Below, one piece after another: positions 37,877 to 51,560 of a DNA stretch of 64,000 nt (its first letter is position 1; every line of letters begins with the position of its first letter). This DNA comes from the human T2T-CHM13v2.0 reference genome, Homo sapiens. The notes under the pieces are model-generated. The model saw only the letters and a list, made by a program, of their open reading frames with translations. It had not been told where the DNA came from and made no database searches. The stretch lies in the NCBI RefSeq assembly GCF_009914755.1, contig NC_060932.1; one strand, 5' to 3'. Both the position numbers and the translations under genes were made by a program.

Positions 37877-40136
37877 AAGAACACATCTAAAAGAAAATCA
37901 AGCTGGGGCCCAGTCCTGTGGCTCCTGACAGGACAACAAGGAATGGGGGCAGGAGTTTGTTCTAGTGATGGAGTTGGACCACATCACTAAATGCATCCAA
38001 CTGGTGCTGTCTAATCTCTGTGTAGAACTATAACAATGTGACTTTTTTTTATTGCAGATGAATTTACTGTAGTTTCTATAAGCCAGTGGTTATAAAAGAA
38101 AAGCAAAAGTAGTTGGAAAGATAATAAAGCATTTAATTCAGAGATTTAAAATAACAATAAGAAAATGAAAGAAGAGAGAAGAGCAAAGACAGAGTCTTCA
38201 TTGAGAAAGGTAATACAGTACTTATTAGTATCATAGTTTTCTGATTTCCAAAAGCAATCCTATGGTATTCAGGTCATTATAACTAACACAAGTAGATAAA
38301 TGTCATATAAAGCTACATATAGCATAGGAAACCTCTAAAATAGGGAGATCTTAACATTTGCTGAGTTCAATCTGTGTCCTGGGAACTTTACAAATATTAC
38401 ATTTTGTTTTCACACACATGATTTCAGGCAGTTTCATCTTCATTCCTTGGATAAAGAAACTGACTTGAGCTGTTCTTCTAGCAGGTCAAGGCAAGTAGCT
38501 AATAAGAAGAATGGTAGAAGAAGATGAAGGGTGAACAAATGCATTTTGTATGTAACAGATTTTCTACAATGAGCACATAAAACTTGCATAGTCAGAACAA
38601 CATATAAAGAAAGGGAAAATGAATAATAATCATTGATTTCTACTGGAAAAGTTAGGTTTATGAAAAATCAAAGAAATAATATTCAGTCTCATTCATTAGA
38701 CTTTCATTATTCTTTATTCTTTGTTTTCCTCACAGATCTCTAAAAGGAATATTTTGAGAAGAAAATAAATCTCTTTTAGACTAATATACTTTTACCTTAT
38801 ACAACTTTATATGCAGAATGATAGCCTTGCCTATAACAGGAAGTAAAGGCATAGCTGATTATGATATTTTCTTTGCAAGTGTGTTCCACACATATATTTT
38901 CACATGGATTCTGAAAATAAACAATTCCAAAAATGTTTTATTTTATAATTTACCTATATTTGTATTTTCCCCAAGGAATTTGTCTCATTTAAAAATGTTT
39001 GATTAGCACTTTTTTGACCTCTGAATTTTTCTACCTAAAGTTATTTAAAGATCTGTAGAATGTGCATGTGTGTATAATGCAGGAATATTTATTTTAATAG
39101 TGATTTTCAAATTGACAATATTAATATTTTAATTCCATTTTTTTAAAAAAAGTTTATTTTGAAAAGTTTCTCCTTAACTACAATTCTGGAGAGATAGCAT
39201 ATTGGTTCAATTAAAGCAAAATTGGTTAAAGATGGTCTTATATATTTGTCTGAGCTACAATCCTAAGTCATAAAAATCTATTGAAGGGGCTCAATTTAGT
39301 CTCAAAATACTTACAAATCTATTGTTTGCTTAAAACTCTAATTGAAGCTTCTAAAGGACAGCCCATTTCCACAAACAAAGTGTTTGTGAGTTTTTTTCAA
39401 AATTCTAAAAAGAAAATCGTAAAGTATTTCAAGGGAGGAAATGATTGAAACGTTTTATCTCACAGAAGACATATTAACACATTTAAAATCCTAATTCTAA
39501 AGTCAAATCTCTTAGTGAATGTCAAATTTTAGTTACTGTGTTTTTTATTATGTACCATAGGATATTTAATTGTCTTCATATTAGTGATAAAAATGAGTCA
39601 TAATCAATAAGCTAGTATTTCCTTGTAAATACTTGATTAGGTCTGGGGCTGTTTTCCATTATTTTATTGTCATTTTGTTAGAATATTTCTAGGAATGGTG
39701 CTACTTCAGTCCAACATAAATTCTAAAAGCATTAATTTGATTCATTTCTTAAGCATAATGATAAAAAAGACATGTAAGATACTGGAGATGTGTTCATTTA
39801 ACAGTTGTTAAATGAATAACAGCCTCTATAATTTAACATCTGAGTAGTATTGAATGATAGTTCTAAGCCAACTGTCTGTTGTCTTTTACTCAAATCATAT
39901 TGTCAGGGCTTCTGAATAAATAGCCACCATGGAAAGAGAATCTCTGTGGCAGAAATTAAGAAATAATATACAGGAAGGATTAACCTCCATCCTCCTATGC
40001 TTTTATCTCTAGCATGCCTCAAAACCAAAGAGAGACTGCCCAACCATTAAAAAAGATTAAAGGTGTTAATTAGACTAAGAGATAGAAACCTATCACCCTT
40101 ATGTCAGGCCGACCAGACTAAATCTTCTAATGGATT

Positions 40137-40139
<3 letters not shown>

Positions 40140-40178
<39 letters not shown>

Positions 40179-40202
40179 AGAGAGAGAGAGAGAGAGAGAG
40201 AG
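40140..40202. repeat. (CA)n(GA)n compound microsatellite
   Basis: Directly visible. Confidence 0.95.
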
Positions 40203-40873
40203 TAAATCATGTATCTAATGAAATCTCATTGATGATTGTCCATATTTATATCTCTGAACAAACAATTTTTGTTGAAACTGATCAAAACATTTGGACAATA
40301 GTTTTATAGATGTAGTCATTACCACTATTTTGATCAAAATTGTTACAAAATTCAACACTAAAATATAATCATAAGGGGCTTAGAAGAGTAACATCTTCAT
40401 AACAATAAAATTCAGAATTGCCAATTATCCCTTCTCTTCAATGGAGTCCATTATGACATTAATATCAGTTTATGTAGATATTCCTTTATCCTTCTTTCAG
40501 GAGGAACAGATAATATGTTAGTCTCATACATAAACTATGTGCCATCTCAAGATGGATTTGAGGTATTTTAATGTTAGATGTCATTAAAAAGAAAAAATTA
40601 TTGTCCAAATTAATAATTACCTGTCAGTCATTTTATTTCTCTTTACATTTTATTATTTTAAAATTTTTACACTTCCATTGTTAAAATATAAGGGAATACC
40701 CACACATGAATTTTATAATAGCATATATGTGTATAATGTGTATGTGTACACATGTATACATACATACATATATGTGTAGGTATGTAAGTGCATGTGTTCA
40801 CATTCGCATACGTATTTACATCCAGTGCACATATGTTTAATTATGTGTGTATATGCACACACTTATATACACA

Positions 40874-42103
40874 CAGCCATGTGCCACATAACAATATTTC
40901 AGTCAATGACAGACTGCATACAGGACAGTGGTCTCATAAGATTATAATAGAGCTGAAAAATTCCTGTCACCTGGTGACATCATAGCCATCATAACATATT
41001 ACTCAGAGCCATGGATAGCCAGTACAACACGTTACTCAATGTTTGTGGTGATGCTGGTGTAAACATACCTACTGCCATTCCAGATGTATAAAAAAGTTCA
41101 GCACATACAATCATGTACAATGCATAATACTTGATAATGATAAGTGACTATGTTACTGATTTTTATACTTACTATACAATACTTTTCATCATTATTTTAG
41201 AATATTCCCCTTTTATTTATGAAACAACAAAAGATAACTGAAAAACAGCCTCAGGCAGGTCCTTCAGGAGGTATCCAGAAGAAGGCATTGTTATCCTAGG
41301 AGATGGCAGCTCCATGCTTGTTATCCTACCTGAAGACCTGCCAGTGGGACAAGATGTAATACGGAGGGTGAAGAAAGTGATATTGATAATCCTGGCTCTG
41401 TGTAGGCCTAGCTGATATGTGTGTTTGGGTCTTAGTTTTGAGCAAAACAGTTTAGAAAGTTAAAAAATATTAATTTAGAAATTAAAAAGCTTTTAGAGTA
41501 AGGATATAAAGAAGGAAATATTTTTGTACAGTTGTGTTTGTTTTTAGCTAAGCATAATTTATTATTATAAAAGACTCAAAAAGTTTTAACAAAGTGAAAA
41601 GTATAAAAGTTAAAAAGTTAGAGTAAGTGAAGGTTAGTTTATTATAGAAGAAAGTTTTTTAATAAATTTAATGTAAGCTAAGTGTACAGTTTTTATAAAA
41701 GCTAGAGTAGTGTACAGTAATGTCCTAGACTTCACATTTGCTCACCACTCATTCTCTAATTTACCCAGAGCAATTTCCAGTCCTGCAAGCTCTATTCATG
41801 GTAAGTTCCCTATGCAGGTGTATCTTTTTTTATCTTTTACACTATATTTTTACTGTACTTTTTCTATGTTTAGATACACAACTACTTACCTTTGTGTTAC
41901 CACTGCCTACAGTATTTAGTACAGTAACATGCTATCCAGGTTGGTAACCTAGAAACAACAGGCTATATCATACATCCCAGGTGTATGGTAAGCTATATCA
42001 TCTAGGTTTGTGTAAATACATTCTGTTGTGTTCACACTGTGACAAAATCACTTAAGAACACATTTCTAATAATATATCCCCATTGTTAAGCAACATATGA
42101 CTG
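40874..42103 (+). mobile_element. Tigger3-family DNA transposon (Tigger3b-sized, 1230 bp)
   Basis: TIRs cagccatgtgccacataac and gttaagcaacatatgactg, TA at the right flank, internal cagcctcaggcaggtccttcaggaggtatccagaagaaggc. Confidence 0.9.
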
Positions 42104-42329
42104 TATACACACACACACATGTATTTCACTTCATATTTTAAAGGTGATATTAAATATAATGAGGCTAAAAATCAAAATCAAATCATCAAAATTTCATATG
42201 ACATAACAATATTTAAACACTTTAAAGGCAACTGCTATAGGAACCATTGAAAATGGTATTTTATAAGAACACTTTGAGTATATAATAATCAATAAAAGTC
42301 CCAAGTAACTATTTTATATACAGATGTTA

Positions 42330-44240
42330 CATCTAGGGCTTCTCTGTCCCCTGTGCCCTAGGGTCTAAGTCCCAGCTGTGACTATGCTGCCACTGAGGCC
42401 ATCTACCTTACCCCCTGAGGCTGAGTTATGGTTACAACCCATCATCACCAGGACCACACTGCCACTGAGCCTGTCCCCCAGTAACCAGGTCTCTCTGCTC
42501 AGTCTGTCATCCCCAGGCCCATGCCACCGCTGTATGCTATCCCCTCATGGCCTCAGACCCTACCTTTGTAGGTGATCTCCATATGCACACCAGATCTGAT
42601 GCCACAAAGAATCCCCTTGGCTAGAACTTCCCCGCATAGGGTGAAAAGAGAAAAGGATCCCAGTAGCCCTCACCACTGAGGACCCCAACATCCCTACCCA
42701 TTAATGCCATTGCAGGCACCTACAGCCTTTCCTGCCAAGGATCCCTGCAGTCTTCACAGACATTGACCTCAGCTGATGGAGCTGCATGGAGATCACGTTG
42801 CTGCACCTTACCTCAAGGCAGAGATGCTGCACCCCACCAGCTGATAATCTCATAGCCACCCACTGGGGAAATATTTTGACAACTGAATCTAGTTCAAAAA
42901 GGCTGCAAGAGGTGATTGTTCTCTCAAACGCATGGAAATAAATGAAAGGCAATTAGTGACAAACAAAAAAAAGGAAGGAAACATTATGCTACCCAAAAAA
43001 ATAATTTTCCAGTAAGTGTCCTTGAAGTAATAATGGAAATTTATGAGTTACCTGAGAAAGAATTCAAAATAATTATTATAAGAAGTCTTAGCAAGATGCA
43101 AAAGAACACAGATAGATGGCTAAATGAAATCAATAAGGCAAAATAGCAACAGACTGAGAAGCTCAACAGAGATAGAAATCATAAAAATGAATCAAACAGA
43201 AATTCTGAAACTGAGTAACACAATGACTGAAACAAAAAAAAATGCAATAAAGAGCATCTATAGTTAAGCAGAAGAAAGAAATTGCGACCTCAAAGACAGA
43301 TCTTTTGAAATTATTCAGAGGAGAAAATAATATAAGAATAAAAAAGAGTAAAGAAAGCCTACAGGACTTACATGATATCATCAAGTAAACCAGCATGTGC
43401 CTTAGAAGTAACCAAGAAAGAGAAAAGAGTGAGAGTCAGAAAATGTATTTAAAGAAATAATTGCTAAAAATTTCCTAAATCTTGGTAATGACATGAATAT
43501 TCAGATCCATGAAGCTCAAGTGTTCTCAAACAGATTTAATCCAAAGGGAACTTCAATGAGGCACTTAATCAAATTGTCAAAAGTCAAAGACAGAGAATTT
43601 TGAAAGCAGCAAATAAAAAACAACATGCCACATACAAGGAAACATCCGTAAATTTATCAGTAGATTTCTCCAAAGAAACCTTGAATCCTAGGAGAGAGTG
43701 AGATGATATATTCCAAGATCTGAAAGCAAAAAAACAAACAAACAACAAGCAAACAAACGAAACTTTCAATCAAGAATACTTTATCCGCAAAGTTGTCCTT
43801 CAGCAATGAAGGAGAGATAAAAGACCTTCCCAGGAAAACAAAAGTTGAAGGAGTTTGACATCACAGAACCTGTTTTACAAGAAATAGTAAAGGGAGTTCT
43901 TCAAGCTGAAATTAAAGGATACTATTTAGTAATATGAAAACATATGAAACTATAAAATGTGCTGGTGGAGGTAAATATATAGTCAAATTCAGAATACTCT
44001 AATACTGAAATGGTAGAATATAAATCACTTTTAAGGACAATAGAAAGACAAAAGCACTGAAAACTATAGCACCCCTGAATATAAAATTTTTAAAAAATAA
44101 TAACTACAGCTACACTATTTGGTTGATTTTTATACCATATTAAGTATATGTAAATTGTGACACTAATAATATAAATAGGGGTTGGGAGAGAGACAGGTAA
44201 AAATGTAGAGAATTTGTATGCTATAGCTTCATTCCATATT
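42330..44240 (+). mobile_element. L1M 5' UTR and ORF1 fragment
   Basis: C-rich 5' UTR then ORF1 remnants (gagaaagaattcaaaataa, gaattttgaaagcagcaaa, caaaagttgaaggagtt). Confidence 0.8.
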
Positions 44241-44282
44241 ATTAACAAAAAAAAAATGCAAGCCATGAAAATACAGATATCT

Positions 44283-44575
44283 CTGTAATCCCAGCACTTT
44301 GGGAGGCTTAGCTAGGAGGATTGCTTGAGCCTAGAAATTCAAAAGCACCCTGGGCAACATGGCAAAACCCCATCTCTAAAAAAAAAAAAAAAAGAATTAG
44401 ACAGGTGTGATGGCATGTGCCTATAGTTCTAACTCCTCAGGAGGCTGAGGTGTGAGGATCACCTGAGCTCAAAAGGTTAAAGCTGCAGTGAGCCATGATG
44501 GTGCCACTGTACTCCAGCCTGGGTGACAGAGTGAAACCCTGTCACAAAAAATAATAATGATAAATAAAATAAAAT
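44283..44575 (+). mobile_element. AluJ
   Basis: ggaggattgcttgagcctag, ctgggcaacatggcaaaacccc, gctgcagtgagccatgat. Confidence 0.92.
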
Positions 44576-45764
44576 AGAGCTATCAAAGGCCATTATAATA
44601 ATGTATGTTAAATGATTTAACTAATGAAAATCAAAAGAAAACATAATTTAGATGCTAATTTGATTAATTTTACTGAAAATAGTGTTTAAAACCTGTTAGA
44701 TCACTTCCCTTATTTTAACTCAAATGATCAAAGAATGTTTGACTAATTATATTAATTAGCTTTTTGCTGTAGGATCAGGGTATGGCACACTCAACAAGGT
44801 GACCAATGAATTAAAATTTCTAAAAGGTGAGAAATAATACCTTGACAAATCTTTTAGCTCATCAGCTTACACAATTACAAACACAGGTCAACACTGGGTG
44901 CAGAATTCAGCCCATGATTTTACTAACAAAGATTAAAACATTGATTATCAGAATCTTTGTGCTTTGTAGTTGCAGCACGGCACTGACAGCAAGACTTTGC
45001 TGACCTTTAGAATGGAGAGCCACCTTAACCAATCATGGTGCTGCTTACTGGAACTCAACAAACTGGGAGATTTTGTCCTATCTGAACTCACTTTATTATT
45101 CTGAGCCTTTCGCTGGTTTGAAGGCTAATGCTCAATTGATCAGGCTTTCAAGCCAGTTTGAAATAATAAATAAAAGAGAACAGGCACTCTCATTTCTTTA
45201 TATGCTTTATTTCATTATTTGGGGAGAACCTCAGCTGATTCAAAAAAATATGTGCTTTTGTTTCTCTTCTTTTTATCTACTTCTGATTCTTGTATCCAAA
45301 CTTGATATTATACATGAAAATAAGAGCCAAATAGTATGCACAATGACTGTAGACTTCCTGGTTTTCATAACAAGGGTGGGAAAACAAAATATGGGAAACC
45401 TAACAAGTCTCAGAGCTATATTAAATGGTTTAAGTTCGGTAATAACACACAATTGGTAGCATTTTGCTTTGTGTATATGAAAAAGTTCAGCTCTTTTGAG
45501 CAACAGTTAGAAGATATCTTTTTTTAAACGAACACTTTCCTCTGGTGATTGTCCTCTACTTAGCAACCAGCCTGCTTGAGAGAGTAGTTTCCATTCACTG
45601 CCTTCAATTCCTCACTTTCCATTCCTCAACCTATGATATTTTGGCTTCCACTTTCATTAGAGGCCTTTATCTATCAGGGATATTTATAATTTTTTTTCAA
45701 TTAATCTGATGATTCCTGTTCATTCTTACCTGAACTGGAATATGACATCTCTGTAGGATATAAC

Positions 45765-46139
45765 TGCTGTGGTCAAAATATACACCGTTCCCCAACATCT
45801 CCACAGCCAAAATGTATATGTTGTAATCCTAGCCCTCAGGTGATGGTATTAGGAGGGCCTTTTAAGAGGTGATTAGGTCATGAGGGAAGACTCTTCATAA
45901 ATGGGATTAATGCACTTATAAAAGAGGCTCCAGAGAGTTGCCTTGCTTTTTCTACCATTGAGGGCACTGTGAAAAGGCACCACTCTATGAATCAGAAAGT
46001 GGATCCACACCAAACAGTGTATCTGCTGGTGCCTTCAACTTGGACTTCCCGGCCTCCAAATCTGTGAGAAATCAATTTCTGTTGTTATAAGCTACCTGTT
46101 TATGGTATTTTGTTATAGCAGTCTGAACAGACTAAGACA
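45765..46139 (+). mobile_element. MLT1A0-like MaLR solo LTR inserted in L2
   Basis: tgctgtggt...gtgatggtattaggagg...ttttgttatagcagtctgaacagactaagaca. Confidence 0.88.
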
Positions 46140-46447
46140 ATTAACACTGTTACTCTTAACTTCCTAAAACCTTAATTTTTCTTAGCATCAGGGCAACCGA
46201 GTAGGCTCTTTCTTACCTTTCTGGTTGTTTCTCCCAAACCTTCTCTTTTGAACTTATTTTCTTTTACTTATTTTTTAAAAGGCTGATACTTGCAGATTTA
46301 TGCCCTTGAATCTGATCTTATCTACATCTTCCCTTCTCCTCCTTGTCCTCTGTCTCCCTTCTCCTTCCTCCGTTCTCTGTCCATCTTTCCCTCCACTGTT
46401 TCTGGTGGATCTCATCCCTTTCTATCACTTCAGTTATCTATGTATAT

Positions 46448-46474
46448 GTATACATACACACACACACACACACA

Positions 46475-46549
<75 letters not shown>

Positions 46550-46829
46550 CAGAGTCCCACTCTGTCACCCAGGCTAGAGTGCAGTGGTGCGATCTCGGCT
46601 CACTGCAACCTCTGCTTCCTGGGTTCAAGCGATTCTCTTGCCTCAGCCTCCTAAGTGGCTGGGATTCCAGGTGTGTGCCACTATGCCTGGCTAATTTTTT
46701 TGTATTTTTAATAGAGATGGGTTTTTTCCATGTTGGCCAGGCTGGTCTTGAATTCCTGACCTCAGGTGATCTGCCCGCCTCAGCTTCCCAAAGTGCTGGG
46801 ATTACAGGCATGAACCACCATGCCCAGCC
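46448..46829 (-). mobile_element. AluS whose tail has become (CA)n(TA)n(GA)n
   Basis: Antisense Alu body at about 46545-46829; 13-bp TSD tatctatgtatat at 46435-46447 and 46830-46842. Confidence 0.95.
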
Positions 46830-46869
46830 TATCTATGTATATATTAATAATAACACTATACCTATATAG

Positions 46870-47650
46870 AGAGAGTACAGGCCTTACCCACAACAGCAAA
46901 CTCACATATTTCATGATTAACTAGGCATCTCTGTGTGCACTTTCCACGTTCAACTCCAAATCAACATATTTCAATATAATCTCATCTTTCCATAAAACAT
47001 CTCTTCTTTGATGTCTCTCATTGTAAATTGTTGCACCATTTATCAAGTCACATAAAACAGAAATCAGAGAATCATGTTTTACTCTTTGATCTCCATCCAA
47101 AACCATTCAGCTACTAACTTTGATTCCACTCTTGCCCATTAGCTACCCTTTACTCAGGACATCAGTATTTTTCACCTGCAATTCTGTAATGGCATCTGAC
47201 TTTCTATTTTCTATGGCAGCCAGAATGAGGTTGCTAAACTTCAGAATAGTTCACATCATTCTTCTGTCTAAAACTCTGTAGTAGTTTCATATTTTTTCTT
47301 GAAATCAAAATGCTTAGCTTTCTGGACTCCATATCTGTTATATGTTTCTCTTAAAGTCCAGACCAGCTTTTCCAATCCCATTCTCATTTCCCCAAATACC
47401 TTTGCCTTTTTCATCCTATGTCCTGTTCATCCTTTTATCTATATTTAGATATGACCATGTCATTAAATCTTCCCTAAAACCTGAGCCTAGGTGAGGGACT
47501 AGATTTGGTCTCATATTGCCCCGATATTACATTATCACATTAAATCTTACTTGTCATTCCAGTAGAAAACAGCCATTTAAGACAAAGATTATACACCATA
47601 CCTTAATGCCTAGGACATAGTAAGTAATCAATATTTATTGACTGATTAAC
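46870..47650 (+). mobile_element. L2 3' region
   Basis: ctaggcatctc...caactccaaatcaac... ending aatatttattgactgatt. Confidence 0.65.
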
Positions 47651-47699
47651 TGGCCATCCAATGATAACTGGGGTGGGGCAATAGTTTACTTCATATGTG

Positions 47700-50439
47700 A
47701 ATGTCAGGTAAGACTGTATTTATTCAAAAAGATGTCCTTTTCTGTAGAGTTCTTTTTGTTGAATATTTGAATTTAAATGTTGGAGCAACCTGCCAAATGA
47801 CAGAAACTTGGCAATGATGTAAGCTGCCTCAATTGAGACATATTATTTTGTACGAGCACTAACATTTAGAAAATTGAAATCTCTTTCAGAAATCTTTTAA
47901 TTAGGTAGTCTTTTTTTGTTTACATATGATATTGTTCATCCTGTCACTAATAGAAATTAACTTGAATTTCATTTGGAATGTACGTTGATAATTATTCTTA
48001 CTTCTCAGATAAATGCAGCAAAGGGTAGCAATAAAGAAGTTTTGCATTAAAATCAAAGTTGGTGTAACCCCAAAAACTCTGAACATTCATTACAGACCCA
48101 TAAGTGACATAATTTCTAAAGACTACAGCCAGGATTGAGTGCCTTGTTGGCTATTTTTTACTTCCAAAGCACAAAGAAAGCCTCCTTTAGTCATGGTAAA
48201 CTGGCACCTAACCTACAGTCTTCTATTGTATTCACAGATAAACTTTGAGGATTTAACAAAGCCCATTGAATTGTTTCCAAAATTGTGTCTGTATGTGAGC
48301 ATCTGGGGCAGGAACTGAACCATTGATTGGGCTTCTAAATGAATTCATAACTCCAAAGAAATGAACAGCCACTGGTAATAATTTTATAGGTAAAAGAAAA
48401 GGTAATGATTTTATAGGTAAAATAAAAGATTATAATCCACTTAAATATTTCCATCTGAGAAAAGATTATCCTAGGAAGAGAGAAGACGTTAGGCATTTGC
48501 TGAACCAGTTAAAATTGTTAAAATCTAATAAAATAGTTGTATTTTAATGTACTTTCCAGCATATCAAATTATAATCTATAAATAATGGAAATAAGATAAG
48601 TGCCTTTGGGATTTTAATTTTTATGTACAAGTTAAGGCCACAGAAGTGACTCTTCCATATAGATTCTTGTTTGGTTTATTAGAACAAAAGTTCTTCTAGA
48701 ATACTGTAAGAATGCTCCCACTCAACCCTTAAGCGTAGTTTTCTTGCACCTTCTCCAGATAATGCCTTAAATTCACTTTTCACCTTATCTGCTAAGTGAA
48801 TCCCTTGTATATTTTTAATCAATTTTCCATTCTCCTCTACCTTTGCAGACCTAACAGTCCCTTTGTCTATATGGCCTCAGGTTCTTTGATTGAGGTAGAG
48901 TCTATTTAGAGTCTAGAGTCAAAAGAGTAAGAAAATTATTAAGGATGAAAAAGAAAAACTCTCTGAAATACTTATTTGAAAACATGGATTAGCATCTGCT
49001 ATAAAAAATCATGCCTTAAATTTTGGAAAATTTCCTACACTCAAGAGAAAATGACATAGATCTGCTAAAAAGTCCAGAATACCCAAATCTTCTCAACAGA
49101 GAAATATCAATTTAAAATGAAATTTTAAACAATTTTATTAGAATATTTCTTTTTTATTCCAAACAACGCACATAAATGACCTTGAAATAAAACTATGTTC
49201 TAGACATGATTGTATTTAGGAGCTTTTTAGTTAGTAAGAGTCTAACACATTACTTTGGTTGGTTTTCAAACAACAGCTTGGCTACACCTCAGAAAAAGGG
49301 AGTTTTAAGATAAAGATGACAGTAAGTACACACACTCTTCAGTTGGAGACAATTTCATTTTTCTAATCCCATTCTGAATGACTATCTCAGAACCCCAGTG
49401 CCATACCATGAAAGAGTCCTGGAAAGCTGCCTTCAAACTACCTCATGGTTTTCACTAACTTTTACATAGACAGCTTTGATCTTGTCCTGGAACTGCAATT
49501 AGATATTTTGCACTGCTCTTCTGAGTGCTATGGTATAACTCTGATTCTGAATCTAAGGAAAAAAAAACAAAAACAAAACAAAATGCCGAAAATATGGTAG
49601 GTTTTGAGGAAAAAAAAAAAAAAACAGGAGGGAAAAACAAACACAAAAATAAAGACCTGAAAAAAGAGTACCATGATCTAGGACTGATCTTGAATTTAAT
49701 AAACCTAAGTTGGATCTCAGAACATCTCTCCTTAAAGAAGACTCATTTTGTATGATATCCTTCTACTTAACTTGGCAAGGAGTTCAAATCATGATAGCTT
49801 TGGGATGATCCTCTATTAACACTGATTATCTTTCTCTGCTGGATTTATTGTGTTGCTTTTGTGATGACTCAGTGAGAAATTATATATTACTGTGCACATA
49901 AAAACAGGATTAGACCGAGTACATAATAGAAACCAAGAGTTTGGGATGGTTAAACAAGATTATTGATTGATATAGCTGCTATTTAAATTCCGGGAACTTC
50001 ATGGAAATGCGAAAAAAGAAAGTGGCATGCACTCTCTTAAAGGAAGATTTTAAAGAAACATCAAACCTTATTCACAATATTCCAATAAACCACATTAAAC
50101 TGCAACCCAGAATTAAATGACTTGTTTTGAATGTAAAAATTATTTGGTCCATAAAATAAAGAACAAGGCCCTAAAATTAATGCATTTGCTTTAAGCAACA
50201 ATCAGGCTACACGTGGATGACAGAGGAGGGAGCTAGGGATTGATTACGCATGGCATTTCAGAGACAGGCTTGGGTAGTCAGATTATAACACCCCTAAAAG
50301 TGTCCCTTTAAAATACACAAGTCAATGAGTACTGCACACATACTCACACATTCACACAAATATACAAATATGCAGGGTAGATCGAATGATCCGGAGTCTG
50401 TTGACCTTCATACTGTGCCTGGGTCCTTCAAATATTGAT
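47700..50439 (-). other. Putative 3' UTR of proximal last exon
   Basis: About 2.7 kb with no recognisable interspersed repeat, U-rich tracts on the minus strand, and a Pumilio-type TGTACATA at 48629-48622. Confidence 0.5.
47719..47724 (-). terminator. Candidate poly(A) signal of proximal terminal exon (alternatives at 49134-49139 and 49153-49158)
   Basis: tttatt on + strand, just where the repeat-free block meets L2 sequence. Confidence 0.45.
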
Positions 50440-50458
50440 TCAGTTTAATCTTTCTTTA
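50440..50458 (-). CDS. Putative coding start of proximal last exon, (Y)KERLN*
   Basis: Acceptor atatatttcatttcag|TAAAGAAAGATTAAACTGA, in frame with the phase-0 reading of exon 53286-53335. Confidence 0.5.
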
Positions 50459-50903
50459 CTGAAATGAAATATATACTCTGTGTTACACTGAGGTCTGGTC
50501 TGTGGATGCACTTCTGTAAATTGAAATAATAAATTAAATAAATTTTCTTTTAGTTACTGTTGTATATAACAGTAGCTTCTCTCCAGTGGAAGAAGACATT
50601 AACTCTCTGTGTAGCTTTGCACTTCTTTCTGAAGCTGAAAATGGCTTTTGGATATTTGAAAAATACTGACTACATTCTTCAATTCTTAAGACTTTAAAGC
50701 ATTTATCTAGAGTTTACTAATTCTCCTATATAAATGATGGCCTACCATTCCAGTTCATGCCCATTGAAAGACTGAAGAGAAAATGAGAATGCAGAAAAGT
50801 CCATTTTACCAAATTATTTGCATTGACACCTAAATAGAGCCTAATACAAAGAGAAGAAACATCCTGATGCATGCTCCAGAGCTTTAAGCAAGTGACAACT
50901 GTT

Positions 50904-51095
50904 TTTCTCTTTCAGTTCTAGGAGAATAATGTTTTGCTTAGCCATTAATAATGGACTAAAGACCCTACATTTCTCTTTCAGTTCTAGGAGAATAATGTTT
51001 TGCTTAGCCATTAATAAGGGACTAAAGACCCTACATTTCTCTTTCAGTTCTAGGAGAATAATGTTTTGCTTAGCCATTAATATGGGACTAAAGAC
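50904..51095. repeat. 66-bp tandem repeat, about 2.9 copies
   Basis: Units start at 50904, 50970 and 51036 and are nearly identical. Confidence 0.95.
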
Positions 51096-51560
51096 AATTT
51101 CAAACTACAAATAACTTAAATATTTCTTAAATTTAAAACCACTAGTATCAGTTATCTTTTGCCCTTGTGTTGAATTCATGGAATTAAAGACTCAGAGAGA
51201 GAAGAAAGTAATGTAATTAGGGCAAACAGCTCCCAAATGTAGTCCCTAGATCAAATTGAAAAAAAATAAGGATGATGTCCTGAGATTTTCTTACAGTTAA
51301 ATTTACTAATATGAAAGGAAACACCTTTAAAATGAGATTATGTCTATTTTATTGTCTTCTGTGAAGACATTGTTACATTAATAAATGATAATGGTAGATG
51401 GAATTTTATATTTATTTTTATTTAAAACACTGAGAGCACTAAAAAATAAAAACTTATTTCTTATGTACAGCCCAATGTGCTTCTATTTAACTATACCACT
51501 CTTAACTCTTTTCTCTAGGGTCATAAAAAATGTAATTTTGCTCCATAAAAAACTGACCAA

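Noticed and set aside
37118-37990. GC-rich ORF cluster suggesting an exon or promoter
   Set aside because: Lies within the MER45-family element and is CpG-poor.
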